A stretch of 64,000 nucleotides of DNA from an uncultured Chloroflexia bacterium (GTDB lineage: Bacteria > Chloroflexota > Limnocylindria > Limnocylindrales > CSP1-4). Location of the stretch: assembly GCA_963825995.1 (NCBI GenBank), contig CAWGVH010000006.1, positions 584,474 to 648,473 on the forward strand, given 5' to 3'. Both the position numbers and the translations under genes were made by a program. Shown piece after piece: positions 1-8,839 of the stretch. A model generated the notes under the pieces. It searched no databases. It was not told where the DNA came from and saw nothing but the letters and a program-made list of their open reading frames with translations. Position 1 is the stretch's first letter. Each line of letters starts with the position of its first letter.

Positions 1-613
1 CGACCGCCGCCACGGCCAGGGCGCGCACCAGATCCTCGCCGGCCAGGCGTGCCGAGTCATCCTCGCGGACCAGCATCAGCGTGGGGACCGAGCGGTCGCT
101 CAGCGGCTCCCCGATCAGGGTGGCCGCGTAGAGGACCTCGCCCAGCCCCTCGATGGCCGTGCTTCCGGTCTCGACAACGCCGGCCGCGCCTGGTGCCTCC
201 AGCGCCGGCGCAGTGGCCAGCGTGCCGATGGCACCGCTGACTGGATCGCGGACCACCGTGCTGCCATCCGAGACGAGCAGGACGGAGATGCCGGCGGCTG
301 CGATCTCCTCCTGGGTCTGCTCCACGAACTCCTCGAAGGCCTGGCTCGCCTGTCGTCCCTGGCGGCTCTCGCGGAAGGCACGCAGCGTGTCATCGTCGAC
401 GTGCTCTCCTCCCGCAGCCGGTCGCAGCAGTTCCTGGGGGAACCGCTGCCGAGCCTGGCTCGCGTAGGGCACGGTGAGCTCGGCCAGTGAGCCCAGGGCG
501 GCGTCACGGTGCAGATCGCGCAGGGCGATCCAGAGGGCACCCCCGACGGTCACGAGGGTGACCACGGCGAAGACCAGGAGGGCTGCACCGACGCGGCCGG
601 CGAGGGTCCTCAT
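1..613 (-). CDS. Sensor histidine kinase, N-terminal part (runs off window)
   Basis: ATG at 613 overlaps the response-regulator stop (ATGA); translates MRTLAGRVGAALLVFAVVTLVTVGGALW (TM helix), then an extracytoplasmic region and the start of a second TM; kinase domain is outside the window. Confidence 0.7.
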   Translation of the reverse strand, partial: MRTLAGRVGAALLVFAVVTLVTVGGALWIALRDLHRDAALGSLAELTVPYASQARQRFPQELLRPAAGGEHVDDDTLRAFRESRQGRQASQAFEEFVEQTQEEIAAAGISVLLVSDGSTVVRDPVSGAIGTLATAPALEAPGAAGVVETGSTAIEGLGEVLYAATLIGEPLSDRSVPTLMLVREDDSARLAGEDLVRALAVAAV

Positions 614-1299
614 CTCGAGCGCTCACGCGCCGGCGGCACGAGGCGGTAGCCGACGCCCTTGATGGTCTCGATGGCGGGGCCGTCAGCGCCCAGCTTGCGG
701 CGCAACTCGGAGACGTGGACGTCGACGGTGCGCGTCTCGCCCGGGAAGTCCGTGCTCCACACCGCCGAGAGCAGCTCATCACGGCTCCAGACCACCCCCG
801 GATCGCGCGCCAGGGCAGCCAGGAGATCGAACTCCCGCGGCCGCAGGTCCAACCGACGTTCGGCGACGTAGGCCTCGCGCCGTCGCGGGTCGACGCGCAG
901 GCTGCCCACGTCCATGGGTCGCGCTCCGCGCAGTGCCGGGTCTGAGCGGCGCAGGATGGCCTTCACGCGGGCCACCATCTCACGCGGGTTGAAGGGCTTG
1001 GTGAGGTAGTCGTCAGCCCCCAGCTCCAGACCCACGATGCGGTCGATGTCCTCACCCCGGGCGGTCAGCATGAGGATGGGTGTCTCGCCGCGGCGCCTGA
1101 TCTCGCGCGTGACTTCCATGCCGTCCCGCCCGGGCAGCATGAGGTCGAGCACGACGAGGTCGGGGTCGACGCGCTCGTGCTGCCGAAGGGCCTCGTCGCC
1201 ATCACGCGCCTCGACCACCGCGAACCCGGCCTGCTCGAGGTAGAGGCGCACGAGCTCGATGATGTTGCGCTCGTCGTCGACGACCAGGATGGTCTTCAC
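610..1299 (-). CDS. OmpR/PhoB-family response regulator
   Basis: ILVVDDE, VVLDLMLP, LELGADDYLTKPF receiver motifs; winged-helix RTVDVHVSELRRKL...TIKGVGY. Confidence 0.95.
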   Translation of the reverse strand: MKTILVVDDERNIIELVRLYLEQAGFAVVEARDGDEALRQHERVDPDLVVLDLMLPGRDGMEVTREIRRRGETPILMLTARGEDIDRIVGLELGADDYLTKPFNPREMVARVKAILRRSDPALRGARPMDVGSLRVDPRRREAYVAERRLDLRPREFDLLAALARDPGVVWSRDELLSAVWSTDFPGETRTVDVHVSELRRKLGADGPAIETIKGVGYRLVPPARERSR

Positions 1300-1416
1300 G
1301 GACGCGAGGATAGCCCCGACCCGTCAGACGCCGGGCCAGCCCATGTCAGGGCCGTGTAAGCAAGTGCGGCGGGCGCGCACGCGGCAAGCGGAGCTGGGGA
1401 GCGCTACGCTCGGTGC

Positions 1417-2316
1417 ATGGCACCGCCACGGCCAGATGGCCCGGACGCCCTGCGACCCACACTCGAAGATGCCCTGGCGGCGTGGGCCGCGCGTGTCCGA
1501 GCCGATCGCGAGCAGGTGGAGCGCTGTCGCGAGGTGGACGACCCGTCCGACTTCTACGCACCAGTCGCGCAGCGGTTCGCACAGCATCCTGATCGCACGG
1601 ATGAGCCGGTCCTCGACGGGCTCCTGGCGCTGGCCAGCGCCCGCGACACATGGCTTGACATCGGCTGCGGCGGCGGGCGGTACGCGCTGCCGTTGGCGCG
1701 CCGCGTCCGGCGCCTGACGGCAGTGGACCCCTCGCCCGCCATGCTCGCTGTCCTGCGTGCCGGACTGGCCGCCTATGCCATCGACAACATCGACATCATC
1801 GAGGGTCGCTGGCCAGACTTGGATGGCCCGCACCCGCGGGCAGACGTGGCGCTCATGGCCCACGTCGGCTATGACATCGAAGCCATCGGGCCGTTCCTGG
1901 CGGCCGCGGAGGCGGCCTCCCACCGCTGCGTCGCCGTCATGGGCGAAGGCTCTATGACGACGGCAGCATCACTGCTCTGGGAGCCGGTGCATGGTGAGCC
2001 GCGGGTGCCACTGCCAGCCCTGCCGGAGCTCATGACGCTGCTGCTGGCCATGGGACGCCTGCCGCAGGTGACGCTGGCAGAGCGGACGCCGTCGCACTTC
2101 GGGAGTCTCGAGGAGCTACTGGCCATGTGCCGCCGGCAGCTCTGGGTACGGCCGGACTCGAGCCGAGACCGCCGCCTCGTGGCCCTGGCGACATCGCGGG
2201 CCTCCCGGCGCGCGGAAGGCTGGGCCCTCGACTGGCAACCCTCGACGATCGGGATCGTGTCCTGGGAAGCGGTCGAACACGGCGCGCCGATGCCCGACGA
2301 CCGCGCCTCGACCTAG
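1417..2316 (+). CDS. Class I SAM-dependent methyltransferase
   Basis: WLDIGCGGG motif I, AVDPSPAM motif II. Confidence 0.85.
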   Translation: MAPPRPDGPDALRPTLEDALAAWAARVRADREQVERCREVDDPSDFYAPVAQRFAQHPDRTDEPVLDGLLALASARDTWLDIGCGGGRYALPLARRVRRLTAVDPSPAMLAVLRAGLAAYAIDNIDIIEGRWPDLDGPHPRADVALMAHVGYDIEAIGPFLAAAEAASHRCVAVMGEGSMTTAASLLWEPVHGEPRVPLPALPELMTLLLAMGRLPQVTLAERTPSHFGSLEELLAMCRRQLWVRPDSSRDRRLVALATSRASRRAEGWALDWQPSTIGIVSWEAVEHGAPMPDDRAST

Positions 2317-2317
2317 G

Positions 2318-3073
2318 TCAGCCGACCACGACTCCCGGTTCGGGCGCAAGGACCAGCACGTCGCCAAGACCAAGCTGGGCCAGCTCGTCGCGCAGTCGCT
2401 CCGGGGTGCCGGCCAAGACGGGAAAGGTGCCGTAGTGGATAGGCACGACGGTGGCCACTCCGAGCAGTTCGACCGCGCGCGCGGCTGCCGCCGGGTCCAT
2501 GGTGAAGTGGCCGCCGATGGGCAGGAAGGCGACCTCCGGGTGATGCAGCTCGCCGATGAGGCGCAGGTCGCCGAAGAGCGCCGTGTCACCAGCGTGGTAG
2601 AAGCGCCGGCCGTTCTCGAGCTCCACGACGAACCCGGCGGCCTCACCGAGGTACGTCGGGACCCCGGTCGAGGCGTCGATGTCTCCACTCGAGTGATCGG
2701 CGTGGACCATGCTGACGCGGATGCCGCGGACCTCCACGGTGCCGCCCTTGTTCATGCCCACGACCTGCGCCCCGAGATCGCCGAACGACTCCAGCCAGAG
2801 CGCTAGCTCATGGATGGCCGGCCAGGCCGGGTGGGTGCGCCGCGCGATGGCCAGGGCGTCGGCCTGGCCGACCTGGCCCGGCAGGGCGCCGAGGTGGTCG
2901 TGGTGGCCATGTGTCACGAGCATGACGTCGCAGGGGCCCATGCGCTCGACCGACATGGGCGACCGTGGGTTGCCCAGCCAGGGATCGATGAGGATGCTCG
3001 TGCCGGCCTCGCTCTCGACGTGGACGGCCGCGTGGCCGTACCAGGTGAAGCGGAAACCCAGGTCGTCAGACAC
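2318..3073 (-). CDS. Metal-dependent hydrolase, MBL fold (UPF0173-like)
   Basis: TWYGHA, ILIDPW, THGHHDH, YHAGDT, LPIGGHFTM, PIHYGTF. Confidence 0.9.
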   Translation of the reverse strand: MSDDLGFRFTWYGHAAVHVESEAGTSILIDPWLGNPRSPMSVERMGPCDVMLVTHGHHDHLGALPGQVGQADALAIARRTHPAWPAIHELALWLESFGDLGAQVVGMNKGGTVEVRGIRVSMVHADHSSGDIDASTGVPTYLGEAAGFVVELENGRRFYHAGDTALFGDLRLIGELHHPEVAFLPIGGHFTMDPAAAARAVELLGVATVVPIHYGTFPVLAGTPERLRDELAQLGLGDVLVLAPEPGVVVG

Positions 3074-3158
3074 CGATCACCTCCACTGACGCTGCAGCGT
3101 CCTGACGCTCGCCATGGTAGCCACAAGGACGTTTCCAGGAGGGCGCTATGCTCGCGCC

Positions 3159-3797
3159 ATGAAGGTCCTGCACCTGACCACGGGACCGGCCGCCACCAAC
3201 GTCTGGGTCCTGGCCGACGTCCGCACCCGGGAAGCCATCGCCATCGACACCGCCACGCCCAGCGTGCGCTGGCTCACGCAGCAGCTCGGAGAAGAGGGCT
3301 GGTCGCTGCGGTTCGTCGTGAGCACCCACCGCCACTGGGATCACATCGGGGACAATGCTGAGGCCATCATCGCCACGGGCGCGACGCTGGCCGTGCACCG
3401 CGCGGACCGCCACGGGCTGGAGCAGCCGGACCTCATGTCCGCGCCCTTCCCGATCCCGCCCAGCCTGCCCGCCCTGGACCTCGCCGAGGGTTCACACATC
3501 CGGTTCGGCGAGATGGATCTGGTCGTCCTGCATACGCCCGGTCACACCGAGGGCTCCGTCTGCCTCCTGTCGCAGGAGGACCGGCTCCTCATCAGCGGCG
3601 ACACGCTCTTCGCCGGCGGCTGGGGACGAACCGACCTGCCTGGCGGCGACGTCGGGCAGATGGTTGAGTCGCTCGCTCGCCTGGCGGCCCTGGAGGACGG
3701 CATCGCGGTCCTGCCAGGCCATGGACCTGAGACCAGCATCGGCCGCGAGAAGCCCTGGCTCGGGCTCGTGGCACAGCACCGCCGCATGCCCTGGTGA
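3159..3797 (+). CDS. MBL-fold hydrolase (glyoxalase II-like)
   Basis: THRHWDHIG, HTPGHTEGS, SGDTLF, PGHG motifs; start placed at the ATG 6 nt after TATGCT. Confidence 0.9.
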   Translation: MKVLHLTTGPAATNVWVLADVRTREAIAIDTATPSVRWLTQQLGEEGWSLRFVVSTHRHWDHIGDNAEAIIATGATLAVHRADRHGLEQPDLMSAPFPIPPSLPALDLAEGSHIRFGEMDLVVLHTPGHTEGSVCLLSQEDRLLISGDTLFAGGWGRTDLPGGDVGQMVESLARLAALEDGIAVLPGHGPETSIGREKPWLGLVAQHRRMPW

Positions 3798-3848
3798 CGG
3801 CCGGCTGACTCAGCCCGCCGACCCGGCGCCACGACCGACCCGGCCGCC

Positions 3849-4883
3849 TCAGTCGGCTTGTTCAGCCAGCGGCTTGTGCCACTCGGACGACGAGCGCACG
3901 ACCTCGAAGCCGTGGCGCCGGTACAGCCCCAGGGCCTCGTTGGCGTTCTGCGAGTCCACGCCCAGCTGCGCCGAGGTCATGCCACGCTTGCGCAAGGCCA
4001 CCAGCGTCCGCCCGATGAGCGCCGAGGCCAGGCCCCGTCGGCGCCAGCGCCGACGCGTGAAGATGGGGTCCGTCCAGCCGCGCCGGTAGCGCTGGGCTGC
4101 GTTCTCCTCAGGGTCGATCTGGCCCTGGATGCCCGCCGCGACCTCGTCTCCATCGAAGGCGATGATGAGCAGGTCCAGGTCGAGGTGGGGGTCCTGCGAC
4201 CAGCGGCGGAAGGCGGCCTCCGACGTGTCATCGGCACCGAAGTGGTCGATGAACGCTTCGGACATGGCATCCCAGACCTGGTGCAGCTGCTCGCGCCGCA
4301 GCGGCCGGATGTCGAGGCCCTCGGGCATCGGGGGCACTTCGATGGCCTCAAGGTCCGGCCGCACCATGTGGTGATAGATGCGGACGCGCCGATAGCCGCG
4401 CGCTGTGACGAGCGCCAGGCCGCCTGTGTCTCGGTCGTTCAGCCAGGTCATCAGCATCCGAGGCCCGGGGTGCTCATGGGCGGCCGCCAGCTCGCGGAGT
4501 CGTGCCTCGTTGCGCCCCAGCAGGGCCCTGCCGATGCCCCGTCGTCGCCAGTCGGGGTGGACGTCCCCGAAGCTGCGGTAGTGACGCTCGCCATCGGAAG
4601 TGTCGGACCATTCGATGGACGACCAGGCCACGAGGTGGTCGCCGACGAGCGCCAGCACGACGTCCTCGCCGGGGTCGATGTGGGTCTGGTTGGCCATGTC
4701 GATGGCGATGGTCGCTGCGCCGACGAACTCCGTGTCGCCGTTGGCGGCGCTGGCCGCCTGCGCCACCTCGGCCAGGGCCAGTGCGTCCTCCTCGCCAGCG
4801 TACGTCCGGAAGCGCAGATGCTCGATGGCCGGCGCGCCGATCACCTTCAGCCAGTGATGTCGATCGGACGCCGTGTCCCTCAT
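3849..4883 (-). CDS. Tandem GNAT acetyltransferase
   Basis: Two acetyl-CoA motifs VHPDWRRRGIG and RRWRRRGLA; ALGLYRRHGF. Confidence 0.85.
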   Translation of the reverse strand: MRDTASDRHHWLKVIGAPAIEHLRFRTYAGEEDALALAEVAQAASAANGDTEFVGAATIAIDMANQTHIDPGEDVVLALVGDHLVAWSSIEWSDTSDGERHYRSFGDVHPDWRRRGIGRALLGRNEARLRELAAAHEHPGPRMLMTWLNDRDTGGLALVTARGYRRVRIYHHMVRPDLEAIEVPPMPEGLDIRPLRREQLHQVWDAMSEAFIDHFGADDTSEAAFRRWSQDPHLDLDLLIIAFDGDEVAAGIQGQIDPEENAAQRYRRGWTDPIFTRRRWRRRGLASALIGRTLVALRKRGMTSAQLGVDSQNANEALGLYRRHGFEVVRSSSEWHKPLAEQAD

Positions 4884-6004
4884 GGCCCACCCCGCTTGTT
4901 TCTCTCGGTGAGCTTGCCGTGATGCTTGTAGAGGCGCCCCAGGCGCCGGCCCTCGGCGCGCTGGCTGCGCACATCCGCGCGCATAGCCATGGACTGCAGC
5001 TCGGCCTCCAGCTTGTGGTGGCTGGCGAGCCGTGCCGCCGAGAGCTCGCCGGCCGCGATCGCCGCCTGGACCGCGCAGCCGGGCTCACCCTCGTGCCGGC
5101 AATCCGAGAATCGGCAGCGCCGCGCGAAGGATGCTACGTCTGCGAACGTCGTCGCCAGGCTCGCCGCGTCACCCAGCACGCCGACCGTCCGCAGGCCCGG
5201 GGTGTCGATGAGCAGACCGCCGCTCGGAAGGTGGAACAGCTCGCGGTGGGACGTGGTGTGGCGTCCCCGGCTGTCATCCTCCCGCAGGGCGCGGACCACC
5301 TGGCGCTCCTCACCGAGCAGCGCGTTGACGAGACTGGACTTGCCCACCCCCGAGGAACCCAGCAGACAGGCCGTCAGGCCTGCCCGGAGGTGGCCCCGAA
5401 GCTCGTCGAGGCCGACGCCGGTGAGGGCGCTGCTGACCACGACCCGGGTACCGGCGGCTACGGCATGCACCTCGGACACGGCCGCGGTCAGGTCCAGCGC
5501 GATATCGACCTTGTTCAGGACGACGATGGGCGTCACGCCGCCCTCCATGGCCAGCAGCAGGTAGCGCTCGATGCGGCGCGGGTTGAGGTCGTGATCGAGA
5601 CCCGAGACGAGGAAGGCCAGGTCCAGGTTGGCGGCCAGGATCTGTGGTCGGCCGTCGGAGGCCCGGCTGCGGACGAAGGTGCCCCGACGAGACAGGATCT
5701 CGCGCGCGATGGCCCTCCCGGGTTCGCCGGGCAATGGTTCCAGTGCCAGCCAGTCACCCACCGCGGGACCCGGCTCAGCGTCTTCGGACGATCGCTGCCA
5801 GCGTCGCTGGAGGAGCACATCCGTCGGTCCGGCAGCCGTCAAGGCCAGCAGCATGCCGCCGCTGCTCACGACGCGACCGGGAACCAGGCCGTCGGCTGCG
5901 TGATGACTGAAGGACGCGGCCCGCTCGGCCGACCAGCCGAGGTCGCGCAGGGTAGGGGAGGCCCGCGTCGGCCCCGGGCGACCCGGTGTGGCGTCGGCGC
6001 CCAT
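4880..6004 (-). CDS. rsgA: Ribosome small subunit-dependent GTPase A
   Basis: Circularly permuted GTPase motifs NKVD, GSSGVGKSS, GRHTT, DTPG; C-terminal CRFSDCRHEGEPGC zinc site. Confidence 0.95.
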   Translation of the reverse strand: MGADATPGRPGPTRASPTLRDLGWSAERAASFSHHAADGLVPGRVVSSGGMLLALTAAGPTDVLLQRRWQRSSEDAEPGPAVGDWLALEPLPGEPGRAIAREILSRRGTFVRSRASDGRPQILAANLDLAFLVSGLDHDLNPRRIERYLLLAMEGGVTPIVVLNKVDIALDLTAAVSEVHAVAAGTRVVVSSALTGVGLDELRGHLRAGLTACLLGSSGVGKSSLVNALLGEERQVVRALREDDSRGRHTTSHRELFHLPSGGLLIDTPGLRTVGVLGDAASLATTFADVASFARRCRFSDCRHEGEPGCAVQAAIAAGELSAARLASHHKLEAELQSMAMRADVRSQRAEGRRLGRLYKHHGKLTERNKRGGP

Positions 6005-6017
6005 CAGCCCACCCTCT

Positions 6018-6059
6018 TGAGGCGTCCCGTCGGCATCCTGAGGCATCCCGTCGGCATCA
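6018..6059. repeat. 21-bp imperfect tandem duplication upstream of rsgA
   Basis: TGAGGCGTCCCGTCGGCATCC followed by TGAGGCATCCCGTCGGCATCA. Confidence 0.8.
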
Positions 6060-6079
6060 CGCTAGCGTGCGGTGCTGGA

Positions 6080-6454
6080 TCAGCGCGGGGTGGTGACGGT
6101 GAAGATCATGAGCGCCACGGCCCCCAGCACGATGGCCGCGGTCAGCACGAGGTGGGCACGGATGGCGGGCTGATAGCTCTGGGTGTCGATCTCGTGCTCA
6201 GTCCTCACGAAACGTGAGGCACCCAGGACGGAGACTGCGGCACCGAGTGCGATCAGCGCGATGCCAAGGAGCGAACCCACGGCGGTCGAGGGGTCGGCAC
6301 CGAACGCAAACCGATCGACCAGGAATCCGATCGCGACGATGGCGAGAGCGGTTCGCTGCCAGGCGAGGAGCGTGCGTTCATTCGCGAGGTGGTCGCGGAC
6401 TGCGGCCTCGGGCTTCGGAATATCGGATGAGCGGACGTCGAGGTCGGGCGCCAT
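6080..6454 (-). CDS. YidH/DUF202 inner membrane protein
   Basis: RDHLANERTLLAWQRT signature and three TM segments. Confidence 0.9.
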   Translation of the reverse strand: MAPDLDVRSSDIPKPEAAVRDHLANERTLLAWQRTALAIVAIGFLVDRFAFGADPSTAVGSLLGIALIALGAAVSVLGASRFVRTEHEIDTQSYQPAIRAHLVLTAAIVLGAVALMIFTVTTPR

Positions 6455-6666
6455 GACCGTATCGTCTCATGGTGCCGGTCCGACTGGATCAGGCAACGTC
6501 CTGGCCTTCGTCGTTGATGTGCTCGTCCAGGAGCGGCCGGTCCAGGTCATGAAGACGCTCGGATGCCTGGTGGACTCCCGATGGGCACGCATCGCCCGCA
6601 TCCTGGGCGCAGATGGTCGCGTAGGACCACTGTCAAGCCCCTGCTGGCAGCCTGCCCGATACTGTC

Positions 6667-7422
6667 GTGATGGGACCGATGAGCGTTCTCGCCCTGCTAC
6701 GGACCGGCGTCCTTGACCCAGGCCTGGCCGGGCTCGCGTGGCTGCTCGTCGAGGGCGGCGTGCCCGTCGTGGTCATCGGCTCGGCCGGAAGCCCGGAGCG
6801 CTCGGCGATGGCCGGCGCGCTTCTCGCCATCGACCCGGCCCGCCCCTTCGTGGTGCTCGATGCCGACGTCGAGGCGCCCACGCTCGCGCGGCTCTCGGCC
6901 CTGCTGCGTGGCGGTGCCGGTGTCGGCATCACGCTGGCCGCGGCCGACCTGCCGGAGGCCATGGAGCGGCTGAGAGGAGAGGTCGGCGGTCTGCCGGACG
7001 ATGCCATCCGCCGACTGGGGACCGTCTTCGCGCTGGACGGGACCAGCCGCGGTCCGCGCTGCTCGATCGTCCACTACCTCCGCCCCACCGAGCGCGATGG
7101 GCAGGGCCACGTGCAGCGCCGTCCGCCGGCCATCCTGGCCGCCTGGGACGAGGCGACCGCCAGCTACGAGGACTACGCGTGGGCCGTGACACCAGAGCTG
7201 GCCGACCGGGTCGACCGCTCCCAGGCCGACTTCGAGGAACGCCTACGCGATCGCGCCGCCCTGCTCGCGGCGACGTCCCGGGCCGCGCACATCTCGGCCG
7301 GGGAGTGGCAGCAGCGCGTGCGCCACCACCTGGATGCCGAGCCGCCGCGTGAGCCGGCCCCCCGCCATCCATCCGCGCCGCCGTCGCCCGGGCACGGGTC
7401 GCCAGGACCACACCGGCACTGA
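6667..7422 (+). CDS. Hypothetical protein, possibly a degenerate secretion/pilus ATPase-like domain
   Basis: Coding-like ORF; hydrophobic strand VVVIG followed by SAGSPERS where a Walker A might be expected; family call tentative. Confidence 0.55.
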   Translation: MMGPMSVLALLRTGVLDPGLAGLAWLLVEGGVPVVVIGSAGSPERSAMAGALLAIDPARPFVVLDADVEAPTLARLSALLRGGAGVGITLAAADLPEAMERLRGEVGGLPDDAIRRLGTVFALDGTSRGPRCSIVHYLRPTERDGQGHVQRRPPAILAAWDEATASYEDYAWAVTPELADRVDRSQADFEERLRDRAALLAATSRAAHISAGEWQQRVRHHLDAEPPREPAPRHPSAPPSPGHGSPGPHRH

Positions 7423-7480
7423 GGCAGGCACTGCCGCCGTCCTGCAGCAGCGGCATGGGGCACTTCGAGGTCAGGCCCCC

Positions 7481-8701
7481 TTAGAGTGCTCCAGCGGGGG
7501 AGAAAGCGGCCACCAGCTGACCCCGAGCTCCGAGGAGTCGCAGGCCTGGATCCCCACGCTCGACCATCACGGCCGCTCGAAGAGCATCGAGCAGCGCCCG
7601 GTGCTCGGCCTTGCGCGTGCAGCCAGTCACGTCGGCTGCACTGATATCGACCAGGGTGAGGAACACGCCCTCGGCGACGTAGTGGCCGGCGAAGGGGCCA
7701 CAGGGGCCCTCACCGTTGAGCGTCCCGCCCTCCAGCCGGAGCGTGACCGTGTCTTCGCTGCCACGACGGCCGGGCACAGCAGCCAGCAGCCAGGTGGTGC
7801 CCTCGAGCGGCGCCGCGCTGAGGAACTCGAGGCGATCATCCGTGTCGGGCGAGGCGAGGGTGAGCCCATCGAGCGACAGGTCCAGGGCGAGCGACGGACT
7901 CTCGAGGACCGCCATGATGGCCGCCTCTTGGGCCGCGAGGGTGGGCGCGCAGGGCGCGTCCGTCCGCTCCAGCGGACCGAGGCTGAGCACGTCGGCTCGC
8001 CTGGTGTACGTGCCGACGATCCCGTTGCAGCCGGTGGAGGCGACGACGTCGCCGGACGAGCGACGCTGCAGGTCGTGGCTGCGGGTGGGACGGAACGCCA
8101 GGACGGCCGGTTGTGCGGGGTCCGCAGCCACCGTTCGTCCGGCCGACGTGTAGCTCTGCAATCGCCAGTCTCCCGCGGGCAGGGCACCCGATCCGTCCAG
8201 CTCGAACCGCAGATCCTCATGGCCATCCGCGTCTCGGACGATCAACTGGGCGCCGATCTCGTCGCTGGCGCGTACGACCTCGAAGCTGGCCGCACGCTCC
8301 AGGGCATCCGTCAGGCTCGAGGCCACGAGCGCTACCCGCGCGGCACAGGCGACCTGGCGTCGGTCGACAAGTTGGAAGGCCAGCGCCTGGCCCATGCGGC
8401 CGTATCGTCCAGAGAGCCGGGTACAGCCGGTGGACCCCCTGACCTGGCCCGTACGCAGTGTCATCCAGGCCGCCACCTCAGGTCCGACGCGACGCATCTC
8501 GCGCCCACGGAACGACACCAGCCGCCAGGTGCTGCCCTCCAGCGATGGCAGGCCGGCCGGTTCAAGCGCAAGAGGCCGTTCGAGAGCGGCGGCCGGGAGG
8601 GTTCCGGGTGTCGTTGACGGCGACTGCGCGATGGCCTCCCACGGCATGGCCAGCAGCGCCAGCGCGAGGACGATCGACGCGAGCGCGTGGGACGGGGCCA
8701 T
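7481..8701 (-). CDS. Secreted protein with three META domains
   Basis: Signal peptide; three units of the type (L)EG(S/T)TW.L...G..GC(N/T/G)...G.Y...C. Confidence 0.8.
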   Translation of the reverse strand: MAPSHALASIVLALALLAMPWEAIAQSPSTTPGTLPAAALERPLALEPAGLPSLEGSTWRLVSFRGREMRRVGPEVAAWMTLRTGQVRGSTGCTRLSGRYGRMGQALAFQLVDRRQVACAARVALVASSLTDALERAASFEVVRASDEIGAQLIVRDADGHEDLRFELDGSGALPAGDWRLQSYTSAGRTVAADPAQPAVLAFRPTRSHDLQRRSSGDVVASTGCNGIVGTYTRRADVLSLGPLERTDAPCAPTLAAQEAAIMAVLESPSLALDLSLDGLTLASPDTDDRLEFLSAAPLEGTTWLLAAVPGRRGSEDTVTLRLEGGTLNGEGPCGPFAGHYVAEGVFLTLVDISAADVTGCTRKAEHRALLDALRAAVMVERGDPGLRLLGARGQLVAAFSPAGAL

Positions 8702-8839
8702 GGCAGGATGAGTATCGGTCGCAGCCGCCCATCGTGCCCACGGCGCCCGCCGCAGCGAACGTGACCGCTGGACCGACCTGACGGGTCGGAAGGCCCCGGT
8801 GCGCGACGCGGTCAGGCGCTAGCATCTGGGGAGGAAAGC

